From a virus (Duplodnaviria; Caudoviricetes): a DNA stretch of 64,000 bases. The notes beneath the pieces are model-generated. The model was not told the DNA's origin and made no database searches. It was given only the letters and a program-made list of their open reading frames with translations. The translations under genes and the position numbers were made by a program. The stretch covers positions 1-64,000 of IMG/VR virus record IMGVR_UViG_3300025924_000020, one strand, 5' to 3'. Shown piece by piece: positions 34,901 to 42,011 of this stretch. Each line of letters starts with the position of its first letter. Position 1 is the first letter of the stretch.

Positions 34901-37250
34901 TGATGACACTGTTAAAGCATTTGCTCAACGTTATGCTGAAATTGATATGGAAGCGTATCGTAAGACTCAAGAGGAATTATACAAATTTGATAAAGTACAG
35001 CAGAAGACTACTGTTAATTTAGGTAGCAACAGACGAGTAACAATAGAGTATACTTCAACTGGTGTAAATAAGGCTCTTGATGATTATGACAAGTGGTTAA
35101 AAAAGAAGGGAAAGAACCCAGGTTCTATTAGAGATAAATTTGATCCTATCCTAGATAAAGCCTCCTTTAATAAGGATACGAGTGAAGGTATTTCTTTTAT
35201 AGCTCCTTGGACTAAGGAGGGTAAAGCAATCCTTTCCATTAAAGAAGGATCAGAAGACTATCCGTTAAAGCAGTTGTATGAAACTATTGTTCTAAATTAT
35301 CTCAAGTCTCAAGAAGAAATTAAACTTCCATCTCAACGCCCAGGATTACGTATACCAACTATTGGAAGAGATGTAATGGAAGGATTCTTGAAAGAAAAAG
35401 GTATTAAGGAGACTGCTGGTATGATGAAAGAGCAATTCCTGAATAACTTCATTGAAAGATTCGATGATAATGAGTATCAACAAGTAGACCAACATGGTAA
35501 TGTAATTAAGGCTATTCCATTACGCTATACTTCTAAACAGGATGGTAAGGATGGTAGATTAAACCTAAACGAAGTAAGTTTAGATGTAGCTTCCACCACT
35601 ATGTTATTTCGTCATGAAATGATTAAAAGACCTATGCTTCTAGCAATACAAGATGATGTAGAATTAGCTAAAACACAATTGGCTCAGCGTGAAGTAATGC
35701 AAACTAAACGCATTGAAGCAAGTGGTTTAACTCCATTCCTATCTTCTGAAAGAGAAGGTGTCGTATTAGAGAATGGCAAATATCAGACTATAAAAGGTTT
35801 AGAATCTAAAGCTTACAATGCTTTTCAAGACTTGATTGATCGTAAACAGTACGGTATAGTTAAGAAACGTGAAGGAGATATCAAAATTGGAGAGAAGAAA
35901 GTATCAGCTTCTAAAGCCCTAGATGCTTTCTTAAGATTCAGTGGATTTAGAATCATGTTTGGTAAAATTGCTATTCCTTTAGCTAACTGGAGTGTTGGTG
36001 AACTCACAATGATTAAAGAAATGATTGGAGGGAATATTATTGATTACAAAGATTATCTCTATGGACAGAAGAAGTATAATCAAGTAGCTCTTTCATCACT
36101 TTCTGATTTAGGAAGAAGAGCTAAACAAACTGAGTGGGGTAAGTTATTCACTTACTTCAACCCAATGGATAATCTACGTCCAGTTAATACACTAGGAATA
36201 GACACGACTTGGATGAGAACAGTATGGCATAAGATTATCTCTACTGGAGGTCATACAGTTGAGTATAAACTAGCGGTAAACGCTTTAGGAGCTGTAATGA
36301 ACAGGTTTAAGGTAGTTAATCCTGAAGGTAAGTTAGTCCCTATGGATCAGGGAATACACATCTCTGATGCTGGTAAATTAACTCTAAAATCAGGTTATAA
36401 ATATGCTGGAAAACAAGGTAAGCAATATGAAAAGCCTAAGACTGAAATTAGTGACAAGGATATTAACGAAGTAATACAATATACTCTACGTACTTATCAG
36501 CTAATGAACGGTGTGTATAATCAAAGTGATAAATCAGCTGCTCAAGCTTATACAGTAGGCCGTCTAGTAACCTTTATGCGTAATTGGTTAGTTCCAGGCT
36601 TACAAGCTAGATGGAATACAAAGCATTCAGATCAAAGATTAGGTATGGAGAATGAAGGATACTACATTTCTTCTTTAATAGCCTTCAATAATATTTATGG
36701 TAAGAACGGATTCTTGAAGGGTACATTGGATTCTCTCAAGATGCTGTTCTGGTTAGGAGCTAGTGATCCTACAACTCTACTTTTACCTAATGAATTAGCT
36801 CTTTCTCCTGAAGAGCAAGATGATTTGATCAATATGCGTAAAGCCAATATCAGAAAGACCCTATTTGAACTTTACATGATTGCTGGATTAGGTTTGCTTA
36901 TCTTTGCTGGATATGATGACGATGATGATAGTTACATGAAGTATATGGCAGCTAGAATCAAACGTGAATTAACCACTTATTATGATCCTACTACAGCTTG
37001 GGATGTGTTAAGATCACCTACAGTAGCCCTTTCAACTATAGAAGCTACTTCTAAATTGTTAGGTACAATGACTGATGGTGGGTGGAATTATCTTACAGGG
37101 AATGAGCAAGAGATGATTAAGTCAGGAGCTTACAAGGGATACGGTAAAGCAGAAGCAGCTTTCTGGAGAGCTTCAGGATTAGATTTCATGAAGCAGTTTG
37201 AGGATATAGATCGTAAGACAGATTTTGTACTTAAAGGAGCATACAGATAA
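22905..37250 (+). CDS. Giant virion RNA polymerase polyprotein (4781 aa) with two zincin-like HExxH motifs and a histidine phosphatase domain
   Basis: YRIPT...GLDFDVDK catalytic DxDxD (DFDVD at 30987-31001), HEAGH (26874-26888), HELEH (33972-33986), RHG (33438-33446). Confidence 0.88.
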   Translation: MSDGKDKQYTNIRLAGGESSPVNTPYNGSNLGLNYIPGTPGDPSGVEAYLNENQGLAHTFTNWAAQSLSGAVLGTIESASYLADLEQLKDKIQGSEQEYDNWLAKAMREAKENVKEAAPIYRSKEGQETFSPGSRSFWTSNSPDVISSVLSLLIPGAVAGKAGKMAAAGFKFGEAAQAGSELVAATLTSRYAESTMEANQVFQDGYKQYLQQRMPDEQARELAGQAASRTFNTNWILAIQDLYQYNSILKGFGKAAKAKSLLGIAGETAGQMISEGAEEGLQYVFSEEAKKAGANKGHGYFGDEFWNQRLSDYITSDEFKTNVALGAVGGGVFGGVGPAVQKGADMLRKQKSDIIDSLAKERANLMNDFGTSKKIDSDRLANNALQHLANGKLDKWIDTVEELKKVPDLEPDTRRDLDQHKDELTELVNINSQIKDSKIPKDLQSTAVADHYDVMRSTRLGKELEGKLNEQYNTLPKLGLPENLLTLKKEKINLEAIKELATKEPAYAPLAQMLANKFQDNLTALEPNKDLRRDLETQLITPKDKELVLLNKQIALNNSHVRQLKNKIAKYSTPEGVAQLSAEKAQKTANEVAKAAINKPNVTATEIKQAQSTVTDPQVQQQLGEKLNQIVEEQKDNNKATVDSELSKLEELPQEVLPTPENFSPEMMEQSPEDITPDMLEPNPEASLEPSEVQKTAASFGIGNEILSQLEVEKPTPKQKAVTSKAKTKERVRNTQLEESTAKSWLKEYQSHKDKDGNWVEDRDPLGFPIEQQYFAADGSLVPAHKIFATDENGVLLINTPQIKVGDKVLLVREDSFPYTITKGFKPTSDLNSVINVYQVDKNGHKIGDKPLFQLDSADSPNLSPAQQASNLRLRQQITVWGPNELVTTIQAKNIGTVKRGTNLQSISVLEHDYMGDNYVKLPHGAILGIVDHQGHFTFKGDNIVSLPKQTQDKLDELMLNYAKDAENLIGSTIVARTAPDGSYRMETLTYRQMTPEETKYVKDNLASSFKSNDFTNLKKVMYFPELSTGYFIAKDKKGAAKTPDLFTLPKATKNNRITLFKSGTGKYTLGIPLKSSQTGNRVWTTLEGNDIQNFLSNKPASITFHAIVEGKYAKRKEVRTPEQYASILSTMNSLIDSQSRQVDFDQVNKEALYTDPVTNQEYTNYYDFLKATNTVQTYLRGSNTIGFGQDNSFSYGSTTVYLDSSPKDIKTDIDPQTEELEKVEQTPPPSAPIELGPTTPISPEEIEEEFGPKYKHFSFENTTFNVIGEKELQWFKNNYGEEFLDIAIGVDKFIGANGVEAFGSYYNALVTLAQYAPEGTTYHEAGHFVFDPKNKLITKLEREKILKEAKKIYGELKDNYLEEKIMEDFERYKLSDGKYLPEVSRTKSFFSRILQFIKKLLGYKTEIQKLFEKIDTPNLSIEDRKTLYENRSKLVDPDQILNKRLPGFISSRYEQEALISARSKAIAIASEGLKQVSDVTKFLSNSINLTKILDQVKDYYARLAQNLEAVGDKRNKEQTLQLMTLNAMGVTKTPGYEKYQGSWDDITYGPIKEDGFKSKLLQVFSDLGFVVKYDLDKVEAQEQDEAERIYDVDSSLINPSSSISNRVRLLLHSIPSPVVDSKGQVIDSQKTLFGDIKPLDFRSADAMLALKLSDAIDPYERLQSLAKLNPIARVILNKLDEVKSSGDNQTFTEVMVKYRRDSNDKKTILLQEKEVFVPVAERGPDGQETTRVYTSRFIDANRNSVFRTILNNWRSEAERVNLITPTGELTTKAKKIATDFASLKAKQNTIAFEPLLSQFQTILKELGVTLPDGLIAELQSLDTQYVKAVQQAKARELKLKSLVFGENSASLEALINTFNSDIQVSSPFDGKTNVLEKLAKASAIYYDSVKTGAYLNENGDLEYPINLPSYLSEFASLLNSPDKLNEWVNTLEQDEFYKDNQFIATLKQAIRGKQLSKIRFSLLSAIRDKDSDAKMFGDRSEIDSLVSRLVSYFNNETHNDKSEYASIFIGTPANKAKDPMMNLPKKRGDEAYAFLKKVLANTVLNEISRIQNIKDSLGKPRVGNNPLPQEINNLKNATKFIYLPELNEIEGLADSLSNGEISADNYKTAKAKQEQVINNWIDQKYDSFLNLLESNDIIRVNRKSGRVVNISNTRIPKDIINLYGTPAKFLKEFFYNDTAYRLEMSKVFMGDLAFYKPGVDDYFKRMYQLVTPGYKAYTDKETSIVRGIYPAQKKIELPEINSLKELGLSDSVANNYKRGVNKTDAQSLSTIHGYRTLAKALGLWNDFTHEKIYQVAWKYNEPARQQIKKLTLLGEITEQEAKDLNGILFNLDLQPLKPFQYNDRFIDLPNGKRMLLKEQFKDSITPILPELANTHQGYKELHDYMLGNGFDVLSAEDAVKVGSYGVLDMTQPAEAWQKRRVSLDDIRFPQFMPSKKKEETSGTQLHKLIMGDVQDKTDYSLNDTKISGVDLKADYNKLWVEKLENGVTKLKDLLGMGDDFKFSNNPNKKIEQLQKLQLVLKQELNQRDLNDNYKDAINLTLSQLKGIEFNMPLSFPQITKPFEGIIVKLFDKYVTSQKSTGYTAVNLADFGVQKSDELRYVRNENGQLVEAEIGIAINPSEFGLRYGEHISPTGRVIWDKLNNNQQEALQYIAYRIPTSNKSSMLPVRVAMILPKTMNNIVMIPGETTLQMGLDFDVDKTQLLRRVTKDGKIDKAHVDTKLFNIYWSVLTNKEHLNAMLTPLSTARLEAIKDNYTKRGILTSETNQSPFTLEADIKAQTKNREEKVKVGGASRAATAHSVIQMLGEEAIQINPLFDIKIARKGPLRFGHMTSQDGSLISENLGEIQQAALDAAKTPLLAIFNITKKLLSPAETLVMLGYDLRTVTDFFMQPVVREWSSNYIKENEDDLAATESFLEAHPEVGSVINNLRKQGSRPTLSLDALSQALTSKVGENPIHDAAVLLELGNLLQAGKLLSNFTNVLSLDTFGDTSSIESLQVMAQQVMESTNTDNNFYIDPRVFSMEKAPTNAKRIAAFHEYSLEKPLVLANEIFPSTNIHYQAARDYILEALTLRKTNKDLLTKINKFIHFYKLQHDSALSLALGKVSPTKEPYTSRWRFTEPGNTIVEYFSKFMKNAKKNHPGLFNEQGMIQNKLLASIQIQTFSNNDKLAMLTVNNVTDDNNSDLVLAWNDLLNAKSEEVRTLAHDLIRYAIYTSAFNYSPTSFADLIPTDIWKTTGLANYWEDNRNSSIDNEGLLLNFVRHNYKKIKFFPQFFITSNGRSQSIIKSSRVMDDKGILQAFQISKEYKQAEVLPRFAIVKGRLYEQSPANPYSYKQLQSAGGDNFYEVSTDGRNLSRNPVNKDDGSPNPWKNAIVRKDEELKTTDPRLQVENRLRTFELGTLEGKPQTDQENDNLHNNMINFPEKGMVNGGETFEEASDRVISLMKDLTKNAANNSVIVTHNAVFGIIKVWDQEGRPDSLNKEQRIKYTKQDNTVATGSHFTIKTSKGKLFVVRHGETTDNVAKVFRTPSAQLTQKGIKQAETAAKALAIFQIPMIITSPMERAVETSRIILKAQGEVQKFNQPALSDSDIIATNPFIEYYLPNQSNDPKTVLEHLIKDETNPENRQALQHLLDNVSKIDAKIDVTADDMLGFMGRYEVITNNGNLVSSVVKINPNTNSIDSQASARAVIHHELEHAFTVGVLKNPQTELEKNFNTNLSRVLEEARQKLGIVYYTENKFEFIAELASNEAFRQKLRGADLWSRIIRSIRKVLGMKDSYDKLIEQRYEVISQGEKLERSSGVLGKPENKKPGKKQLTIFESMLSSLDSRVRELKRRRGKESAIETEAELKVLKELAKKNESAMAVRYLVYVNKEIAKLKSIYDLMDKTPEKLNAKLIAPMYDQLLSYNLLDELLKDAKTNPDAYVGKTGDIKQFITEVNNLRGEVSDLRLKLEHLIPYRVASFIKDNIRQGQSFEEVVDSLKVANGDVSYIARWLTPFIEVNDDTVKAFAQRYAEIDMEAYRKTQEELYKFDKVQQKTTVNLGSNRRVTIEYTSTGVNKALDDYDKWLKKKGKNPGSIRDKFDPILDKASFNKDTSEGISFIAPWTKEGKAILSIKEGSEDYPLKQLYETIVLNYLKSQEEIKLPSQRPGLRIPTIGRDVMEGFLKEKGIKETAGMMKEQFLNNFIERFDDNEYQQVDQHGNVIKAIPLRYTSKQDGKDGRLNLNEVSLDVASTTMLFRHEMIKRPMLLAIQDDVELAKTQLAQREVMQTKRIEASGLTPFLSSEREGVVLENGKYQTIKGLESKAYNAFQDLIDRKQYGIVKKREGDIKIGEKKVSASKALDAFLRFSGFRIMFGKIAIPLANWSVGELTMIKEMIGGNIIDYKDYLYGQKKYNQVALSSLSDLGRRAKQTEWGKLFTYFNPMDNLRPVNTLGIDTTWMRTVWHKIISTGGHTVEYKLAVNALGAVMNRFKVVNPEGKLVPMDQGIHISDAGKLTLKSGYKYAGKQGKQYEKPKTEISDKDINEVIQYTLRTYQLMNGVYNQSDKSAAQAYTVGRLVTFMRNWLVPGLQARWNTKHSDQRLGMENEGYYISSLIAFNNIYGKNGFLKGTLDSLKMLFWLGASDPTTLLLPNELALSPEEQDDLINMRKANIRKTLFELYMIAGLGLLIFAGYDDDDDSYMKYMAARIKRELTTYYDPTTAWDVLRSPTVALSTIEATSKLLGTMTDGGWNYLTGNEQEMIKSGAYKGYGKAEAAFWRASGLDFMKQFEDIDRKTDFVLKGAYR

Positions 37251-37251
37251 A

Positions 37252-37288
37252 TAAAAAAGAACCCCTAAAGCCGAGGCTCTAAGGGTTT
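37252..37288 (-). terminator. Intrinsic terminator at the convergence of the two gene blocks
   Basis: Minus strand AACCCTTAGAGC-CTCG-GCTTTAGGGGTT, 12 bp with GU pairs, then CTTTTTTA. Confidence 0.8.
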
Positions 37289-37653
37289 AAAATTTTCTTT
37301 TCAATTAGTAATTCTTTCACTCTACTCCAATCAACATAAGGTCTTCCTTTAGTAGGATATATCAATGGACAACCTAATGCTGCATCATCAATATACAACT
37401 GAGCATAACACTTATTACTAGCTGTCCAAGAAGTTTGTGATGGATTGTACTGTATTCCATGCAATGGTATGTTATTTACTAAGAACCATTTGGCCGCTTC
37501 TTCCAATCCTTGCCCACTTCTCATTGTAAACAAGATGAGTTTATGTCCTTCTTTTACAAGTTGTTTAAGTATAGGTTTTGCCCCTATCTCTTTACCAGTA
37601 TCTGGATACTCATGAGTCACACAAGTACCATCGAAATCAATTGCTATATCCAT
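37279..37653 (-). CDS. HAD-superfamily phosphatase (capless, BT0820-like)
   Basis: IAIDFDGT motif I, LFTMR motif II, K..AQLYIDD motif IV. Confidence 0.85.
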   Translation of the reverse strand: MDIAIDFDGTCVTHEYPDTGKEIGAKPILKQLVKEGHKLILFTMRSGQGLEEAAKWFLVNNIPLHGIQYNPSQTSWTASNKCYAQLYIDDAALGCPLIYPTKGRPYVDWSRVKELLIEKKILNP

Positions 37654-37654
37654 C

Positions 37655-37765
37655 CTAATTTAAATAAAATCTCTGTATTCCTATAGTGTTAAACTCAACT
37701 ACTTGGGTTGGTACTACATCACCTTTAAGGACTAACCAAATCTTGTCTACTTCACTCTGTTTCAT
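37655..37765 (-). CDS. Small ORF, 36 aa (MKQSEVDKIW...), not in the ORF track
   Basis: TAATG coupling to the upstream small ORF; fills the gap exactly. Confidence 0.4.
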   Translation of the reverse strand: MKQSEVDKIWLVLKGDVVPTQVVEFNTIGIQRFYLN

Positions 37766-37896
37766 TACCAAAGGGTTATATGTTGTCTAGTACCTTTCCA
37801 GTAATAGAATAAAAGTAATTTACCTTTACTAGTACGTTCAATGTTTGGGCATAATACCATTAGCACTATACCAGCGATCATGAGTATAGGTATCAT
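37765..37896 (-). CDS. Small membrane peptide, 43 aa (MIPILMIAGIVLMVLCP...), not in the ORF track
   Basis: Starts 2 nt after the upstream stop; hydrophobic N-terminus. Confidence 0.45.
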   Translation of the reverse strand: MIPILMIAGIVLMVLCPNIERTSKGKLLLFYYWKGTRQHITLW

Positions 37897-37898
37897 AA

Positions 37899-38549
37899 TT
37901 AATTAGTCTCTTTATCATGATGATCAATTTCAAGTAGTACATCTCTTCTACACATAATCTTATCTAATTCCTCATACGAATAGGGCATAAGGTTGTTAGT
38001 ATCTACACCTACATCCATCGTGCGTATGTTCTTAGTATAGTACTGATCACCAATCCAATTAGGATTACCTATTTCTGGTCTCATAGCATCTAATGTACCA
38101 TGAGAATGACCATATAACATCCAAGCTCCTTTATGTGAGTGATTCCATACACGCATAGCATAATGACAAAGAACAATGAATCTACCATTGATCTTGATCT
38201 CTTTATAATGCTGTACAGACTTGAATAGCTTTTGTATATCTTCTCTATTACGCTCAATGTGGTGATCATGATTGCCTAGAATAAGGTGTATATTCTCACA
38301 GTTTAGTCTAGACCAGAAATCTTCAATAGCCTTGAATCCTCCAAACGACCAATCACCTAAGTGATAAAGAATATCATTTGGTTGTACTAGTTTATTGAAA
38401 TTCTCAACTAGTTTATCATTGTGTTCTTCTAGTGTAGCAAATAGTCTACAACCACTCTTGTCTTCCCATTCAGAAACTCCAGCTACTATGCTTTTGTGGT
38501 TGTAATGGGTGTCTGAAGTGAACCAAATATTAGGTGATGTATTGCTCAT
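37899..38549 (-). CDS. Calcineurin-like metallophosphoesterase
   Basis: SDTH, LGD, GNHD, CHY and GHSH motifs. Confidence 0.92.
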   Translation of the reverse strand: MSNTSPNIWFTSDTHYNHKSIVAGVSEWEDKSGCRLFATLEEHNDKLVENFNKLVQPNDILYHLGDWSFGGFKAIEDFWSRLNCENIHLILGNHDHHIERNREDIQKLFKSVQHYKEIKINGRFIVLCHYAMRVWNHSHKGAWMLYGHSHGTLDAMRPEIGNPNWIGDQYYTKNIRTMDVGVDTNNLMPYSYEELDKIMCRRDVLLEIDHHDKETN

Positions 38550-39054
38550 ACTTCTTTCTGTTTATTTTGTTGTAACTCTTGTGCATATCTTTAATTACTC
38601 TAATAGGTATCCATCTACCCGTCTTAAAGAATCTAATAAAGTTCCTGAAGATAGATTTCCACAAAGGTATATCAAGAAATAGAATGTACAACTTAACAGT
38701 AAAGTCTTTGTACTTCTTTTTAATCAATTTATCTATGTAGATATCAATATAGCTCTCTCTACAATGAGTATTGTCTACAAGAATATGTGAGATACTATCA
38801 TCAATAAGTAGTGCTTTAAAGTTATCATAGAAAATCTGACTAACTTGAGTCTCTGTGTTTCTACGATGTAGATATGGTTTAGGAAAGTGATCCTCCCTGA
38901 TCTGATCTCTACTAACTACGCCTAGTCCACGATCACCTGGCAATATACCAAATGTGCTCTTGTACTTTTCAACATAGGTAGACTTACCAGCACAGGGAGG
39001 ACCTGCTAAAATGATTATTGTTTTAAGCATTGTCTTCCACGACTTGATCTTCAA
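38530..39054 (-). CDS. Polynucleotide kinase-like P-loop protein (AAA_33)
   Basis: GPPCAGKST Walker A, VSRDQIR, VDNTH, R-N-xx-R lid. Confidence 0.8.
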   Translation of the reverse strand: MKIKSWKTMLKTIIILAGPPCAGKSTYVEKYKSTFGILPGDRGLGVVSRDQIREDHFPKPYLHRRNTETQVSQIFYDNFKALLIDDSISHILVDNTHCRESYIDIYIDKLIKKKYKDFTVKLYILFLDIPLWKSIFRNFIRFFKTGRWIPIRVIKDMHKSYNKINRKKYEQYIT

Positions 39055-40444
39055 TATTCACTTCCCCAGTCTTACTATCCTCATCTAATTGCTTAGATTC
39101 CTTCTCAAGGAAACGTTTACTCTTCAGCTTAAAAGCTGAAAATGTATCTTTCCCATCGATACGTACTACAATACCTTCTGCTGGTACTTTATTGGTACAA
39201 TAAGGACAATCTTTTTCTAGATATGAGCTAGATAGCAAACTCAATAGTTCGTTACCCCATTGATCTACACCCTTTATGAAAGTTTGATTGAATATTTCTC
39301 CAGCTGTACCTTCATTAGCCCAACGATTTAGCTTTCCGTAGTACAACTCTTTTACGGTTTCTAATTGATACTTCTCACAATATCCTTTAATTTGATTCCA
39401 GCTAAATTCGATTGTATTGCCATCTGGTTTAGTGTAAGTGATACGATAGACTAGGAATTTATGTTGTGCAGCATCAGTTTCTACAGGTCTTAGATCATCA
39501 TTCCTTACACTACCAACCATACCAGTGTTACAACCGTAGTCATATGCTTTCTGTATAGCTTTACCAGAAGGTAAGTATCCTACAATCTCACCATAAATAG
39601 TGATACCTTGTTCGATCTTATCTTTAATTTCATTCAACACTACTTTCCAAATATCTTCATTATAGTATCCAGCGGTAGCTTCTTTGTTTACATATTGGTT
39701 TTTGATAACTGACCTACTTGAATAGAGTGTGTCATAAACCTTATCAACAATATTGAAGCCTAGAAGCTTACCTATTTTCTCCCAAACGGTGAGTTGTTTA
39801 TTAACTAATACATTAGCAAACACTGCTGAAGTACCATGCCACTTATCTGTAATACAGATGATATCTTCTGGTTTGAATAAATGTAGATTCTTAGCTAATT
39901 GATTAGTATCTACATGGAATCTGAATTGATTTGGTACAAGTTTATCAAATCTCTTAAGTTTCTTGTTGAACCTAGATTCCTTAGCTGTAGTAGCATGTTG
40001 ATGAACAATCTTGTACTTCTTACAAATGTTTACTCCATCAATATCAGTGAACTCATCACCTTCTTTTAACTGACCTCCCCAATTACCCATTAAAGGATAT
40101 AAAGTATCAATAGGTGCTATGTAACCGGTAGATATAACTCCCTTAAACTTAATCGCTTTTACTCTACCTGTGTCTTCAAAAAATCCAGGTTTAGCAGTTT
40201 GGTCGTAATTCAAGTTACTATGTCTAAATTCATTATTCGCACATAGATATGATGCTGCAATTCTACATTCAGCAGGAAAAAAGAGATATAACTGATTTTC
40301 ATCAGCGTCTTTCTTTGTAAGAACATCATTACCGAATACAGTTACTTTGACTAAATTATCCAATCCATCCACTTTTTGCTTAGGTGGAAGTTTGACGACT
40401 GTACATGCATAATTCTTAGAATCTTCTCTTATTTCTAATTTCAT
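39023..40444 (-). CDS. RNA ligase (Rnl2 / DRB0094-like)
   Basis: Motif I TDKWHGTS, IYGEIVG, EGIVVR, FKLKS; N-terminal OB-like domain. Confidence 0.85.
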   Translation of the reverse strand: MKLEIREDSKNYACTVVKLPPKQKVDGLDNLVKVTVFGNDVLTKKDADENQLYLFFPAECRIAASYLCANNEFRHSNLNYDQTAKPGFFEDTGRVKAIKFKGVISTGYIAPIDTLYPLMGNWGGQLKEGDEFTDIDGVNICKKYKIVHQHATTAKESRFNKKLKRFDKLVPNQFRFHVDTNQLAKNLHLFKPEDIICITDKWHGTSAVFANVLVNKQLTVWEKIGKLLGFNIVDKVYDTLYSSRSVIKNQYVNKEATAGYYNEDIWKVVLNEIKDKIEQGITIYGEIVGYLPSGKAIQKAYDYGCNTGMVGSVRNDDLRPVETDAAQHKFLVYRITYTKPDGNTIEFSWNQIKGYCEKYQLETVKELYYGKLNRWANEGTAGEIFNQTFIKGVDQWGNELLSLLSSSYLEKDCPYCTNKVPAEGIVVRIDGKDTFSAFKLKSKRFLEKESKQLDEDSKTGEVNIEDQVVEDNA

Positions 40445-40454
40445 ATTCTTTCTG

Positions 40455-41549
40455 TTATAGTACTACTTCTAGCATACCTTTATTAATAAATACTGAATGC
40501 ACATCATCTTCTTCTACAAAGATTATTTGCTTTTCAGCAGCTTTTGGATCATACATTTCCCTAACAGTTATGGGTTGATCTTCTTCGTACTTAGCTGTAC
40601 CATTATACTCAATTCCATTTATAGAGATAGTAGCAGTCTTGTGATTTCTCTTAAGTGCTTTTAGAAAGTACTGATAAGTTTTAACGCTTACCCCCTCCTC
40701 AATCCTAGTTTTACCTTTTTCTGAAACTTCATAAATAGCATAAGTTGTATCTAAGAATTCTAGATTCATAGATGCACAACACTTAATAGGATCTTCATCA
40801 AAGATGTTTACCTCTGTAACTATAGCTTTGATAATATCTACAGTGATTAACTTTAGTCCTTTAACAAACTCAAGAATAGATTCCCTATATGATTTATTAG
40901 TCAATAGGTCATCTATGATCTCTTCAATTGTAGTACGCTCTAGATCAGTAAATGTTTCTTTGTAACGAATTCTTCCAGGACGGTTTAGCATATTCTCATT
41001 CAGGTACAGTTCATTAGTAGTAAGAATGAAAGTCCTTCTATACAATCCACTAAAGACACCATCCATAAGTGTTAAAAGAGTATTGTCTTCTTTTATATCA
41101 TCAGTGTCTGTTTCATGATTGTATCTAACAGTAACAGCATCAAAGATCTTATCATACTCATCAATGAATATAACTAGATCGGTGTCAATTTGAGATAGGA
41201 ACTTAAGCATACCACCCAATTTCTTACTAATAATGATAATTGGAATTCCTAATTCGTTAGCTAATATTTTACCTGTAATAGTCTTGCCAGTACCTTTTAC
41301 ACCATTAAGTAATACACCAAGATTACCAGTACTATTTTTGTAGTACTTGAGTACTCTGTTTATCAAGTCTGATTTAAGTCCATACAATTTGAAATCGAAC
41401 TTGAAGGTATCACCCGTGTTATTTAAATATAATTCACCAGTATTTGGATCCGCTTCAAGAGTGTAGATGGTATTTTCCATTTTCTCTACATTACCAGATA
41501 TGTCTCTCAAATACCAGTCATTATTGTTTTTCTGCCAAACTTTATCCAT
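40455..41549 (-). CDS. AAA+ ATPase
   Basis: GVKGTGKT Walker A, IFIDEYDK Walker B, ILTTN sensor 1, NRPGRIRY arginine finger. Confidence 0.9.
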   Translation of the reverse strand: MDKVWQKNNNDWYLRDISGNVEKMENTIYTLEADPNTGELYLNNTGDTFKFDFKLYGLKSDLINRVLKYYKNSTGNLGVLLNGVKGTGKTITGKILANELGIPIIIISKKLGGMLKFLSQIDTDLVIFIDEYDKIFDAVTVRYNHETDTDDIKEDNTLLTLMDGVFSGLYRRTFILTTNELYLNENMLNRPGRIRYKETFTDLERTTIEEIIDDLLTNKSYRESILEFVKGLKLITVDIIKAIVTEVNIFDEDPIKCCASMNLEFLDTTYAIYEVSEKGKTRIEEGVSVKTYQYFLKALKRNHKTATISINGIEYNGTAKYEEDQPITVREMYDPKAAEKQIIFVEEDDVHSVFINKGMLEVVL

Positions 41550-41760
41550 CTTTTTTAAATTTTAATGTTTCGTTATCCCTATGATCTAAATAGAATTGAT
41601 CGTGTAGGTGAAAAGTTTCTTTCTGTCTCTGTAAAATAAGAGCACACCACCTCTGTACATCGGGGTCATCAGGATACTTATCTTTTAGATTATTTGCACA
41701 AGCATTTATAGTGTTAAGCTTGCCATTAGTATCATGAATCAGAGTGTCCAGAGTTATCAT
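41542..41760 (-). CDS. Small helical protein resembling a HisKA/DHp domain
   Basis: LIHDTNGKLNTI resembles an H-box; two-helix pattern. Confidence 0.35.
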   Translation of the reverse strand: MITLDTLIHDTNGKLNTINACANNLKDKYPDDPDVQRWCALILQRQKETFHLHDQFYLDHRDNETLKFKKDG

Positions 41761-42011
41761 ATTTTCTCAAATCTAGCTGGATAACACCATTGTATCTTAT
41801 CTCCATCTGGTAATGTAGCTCCAGTTTCCCAGCAGCTAATACTACCAAAAGGAGATTCAATACCGACATCTATATGGTCGTGCTCATTATGAGTTAAGAC
41901 TTGTTTTACTTCATACTCTTTCTGAGTAAAAGTAGGACCATTCTGATTACCTTTAAGTGGATTAGTGTTGATTACTCTAACTTTATCTCCAGGTTTTAAT
42001 TCTGTTTTCAT
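41757..42011 (-). CDS. Hypothetical protein (KOW/SH3-like start)
   Basis: LKPGDKVRVI; coupled to its neighbours. Confidence 0.45.
   Translation of the reverse strand: MKTELKPGDKVRVINTNPLKGNQNGPTFTQKEYEVKQVLTHNEHDHIDVGIESPFGSISCWETGATLPDGDKIQWCYPARFEKI

Noticed and set aside
2678-36007. Many short antisense or alternate-frame ORFs in the track within the structural genes
   Set aside because: They are fully nested in long genes with recognisable motifs and look like shadow ORFs.
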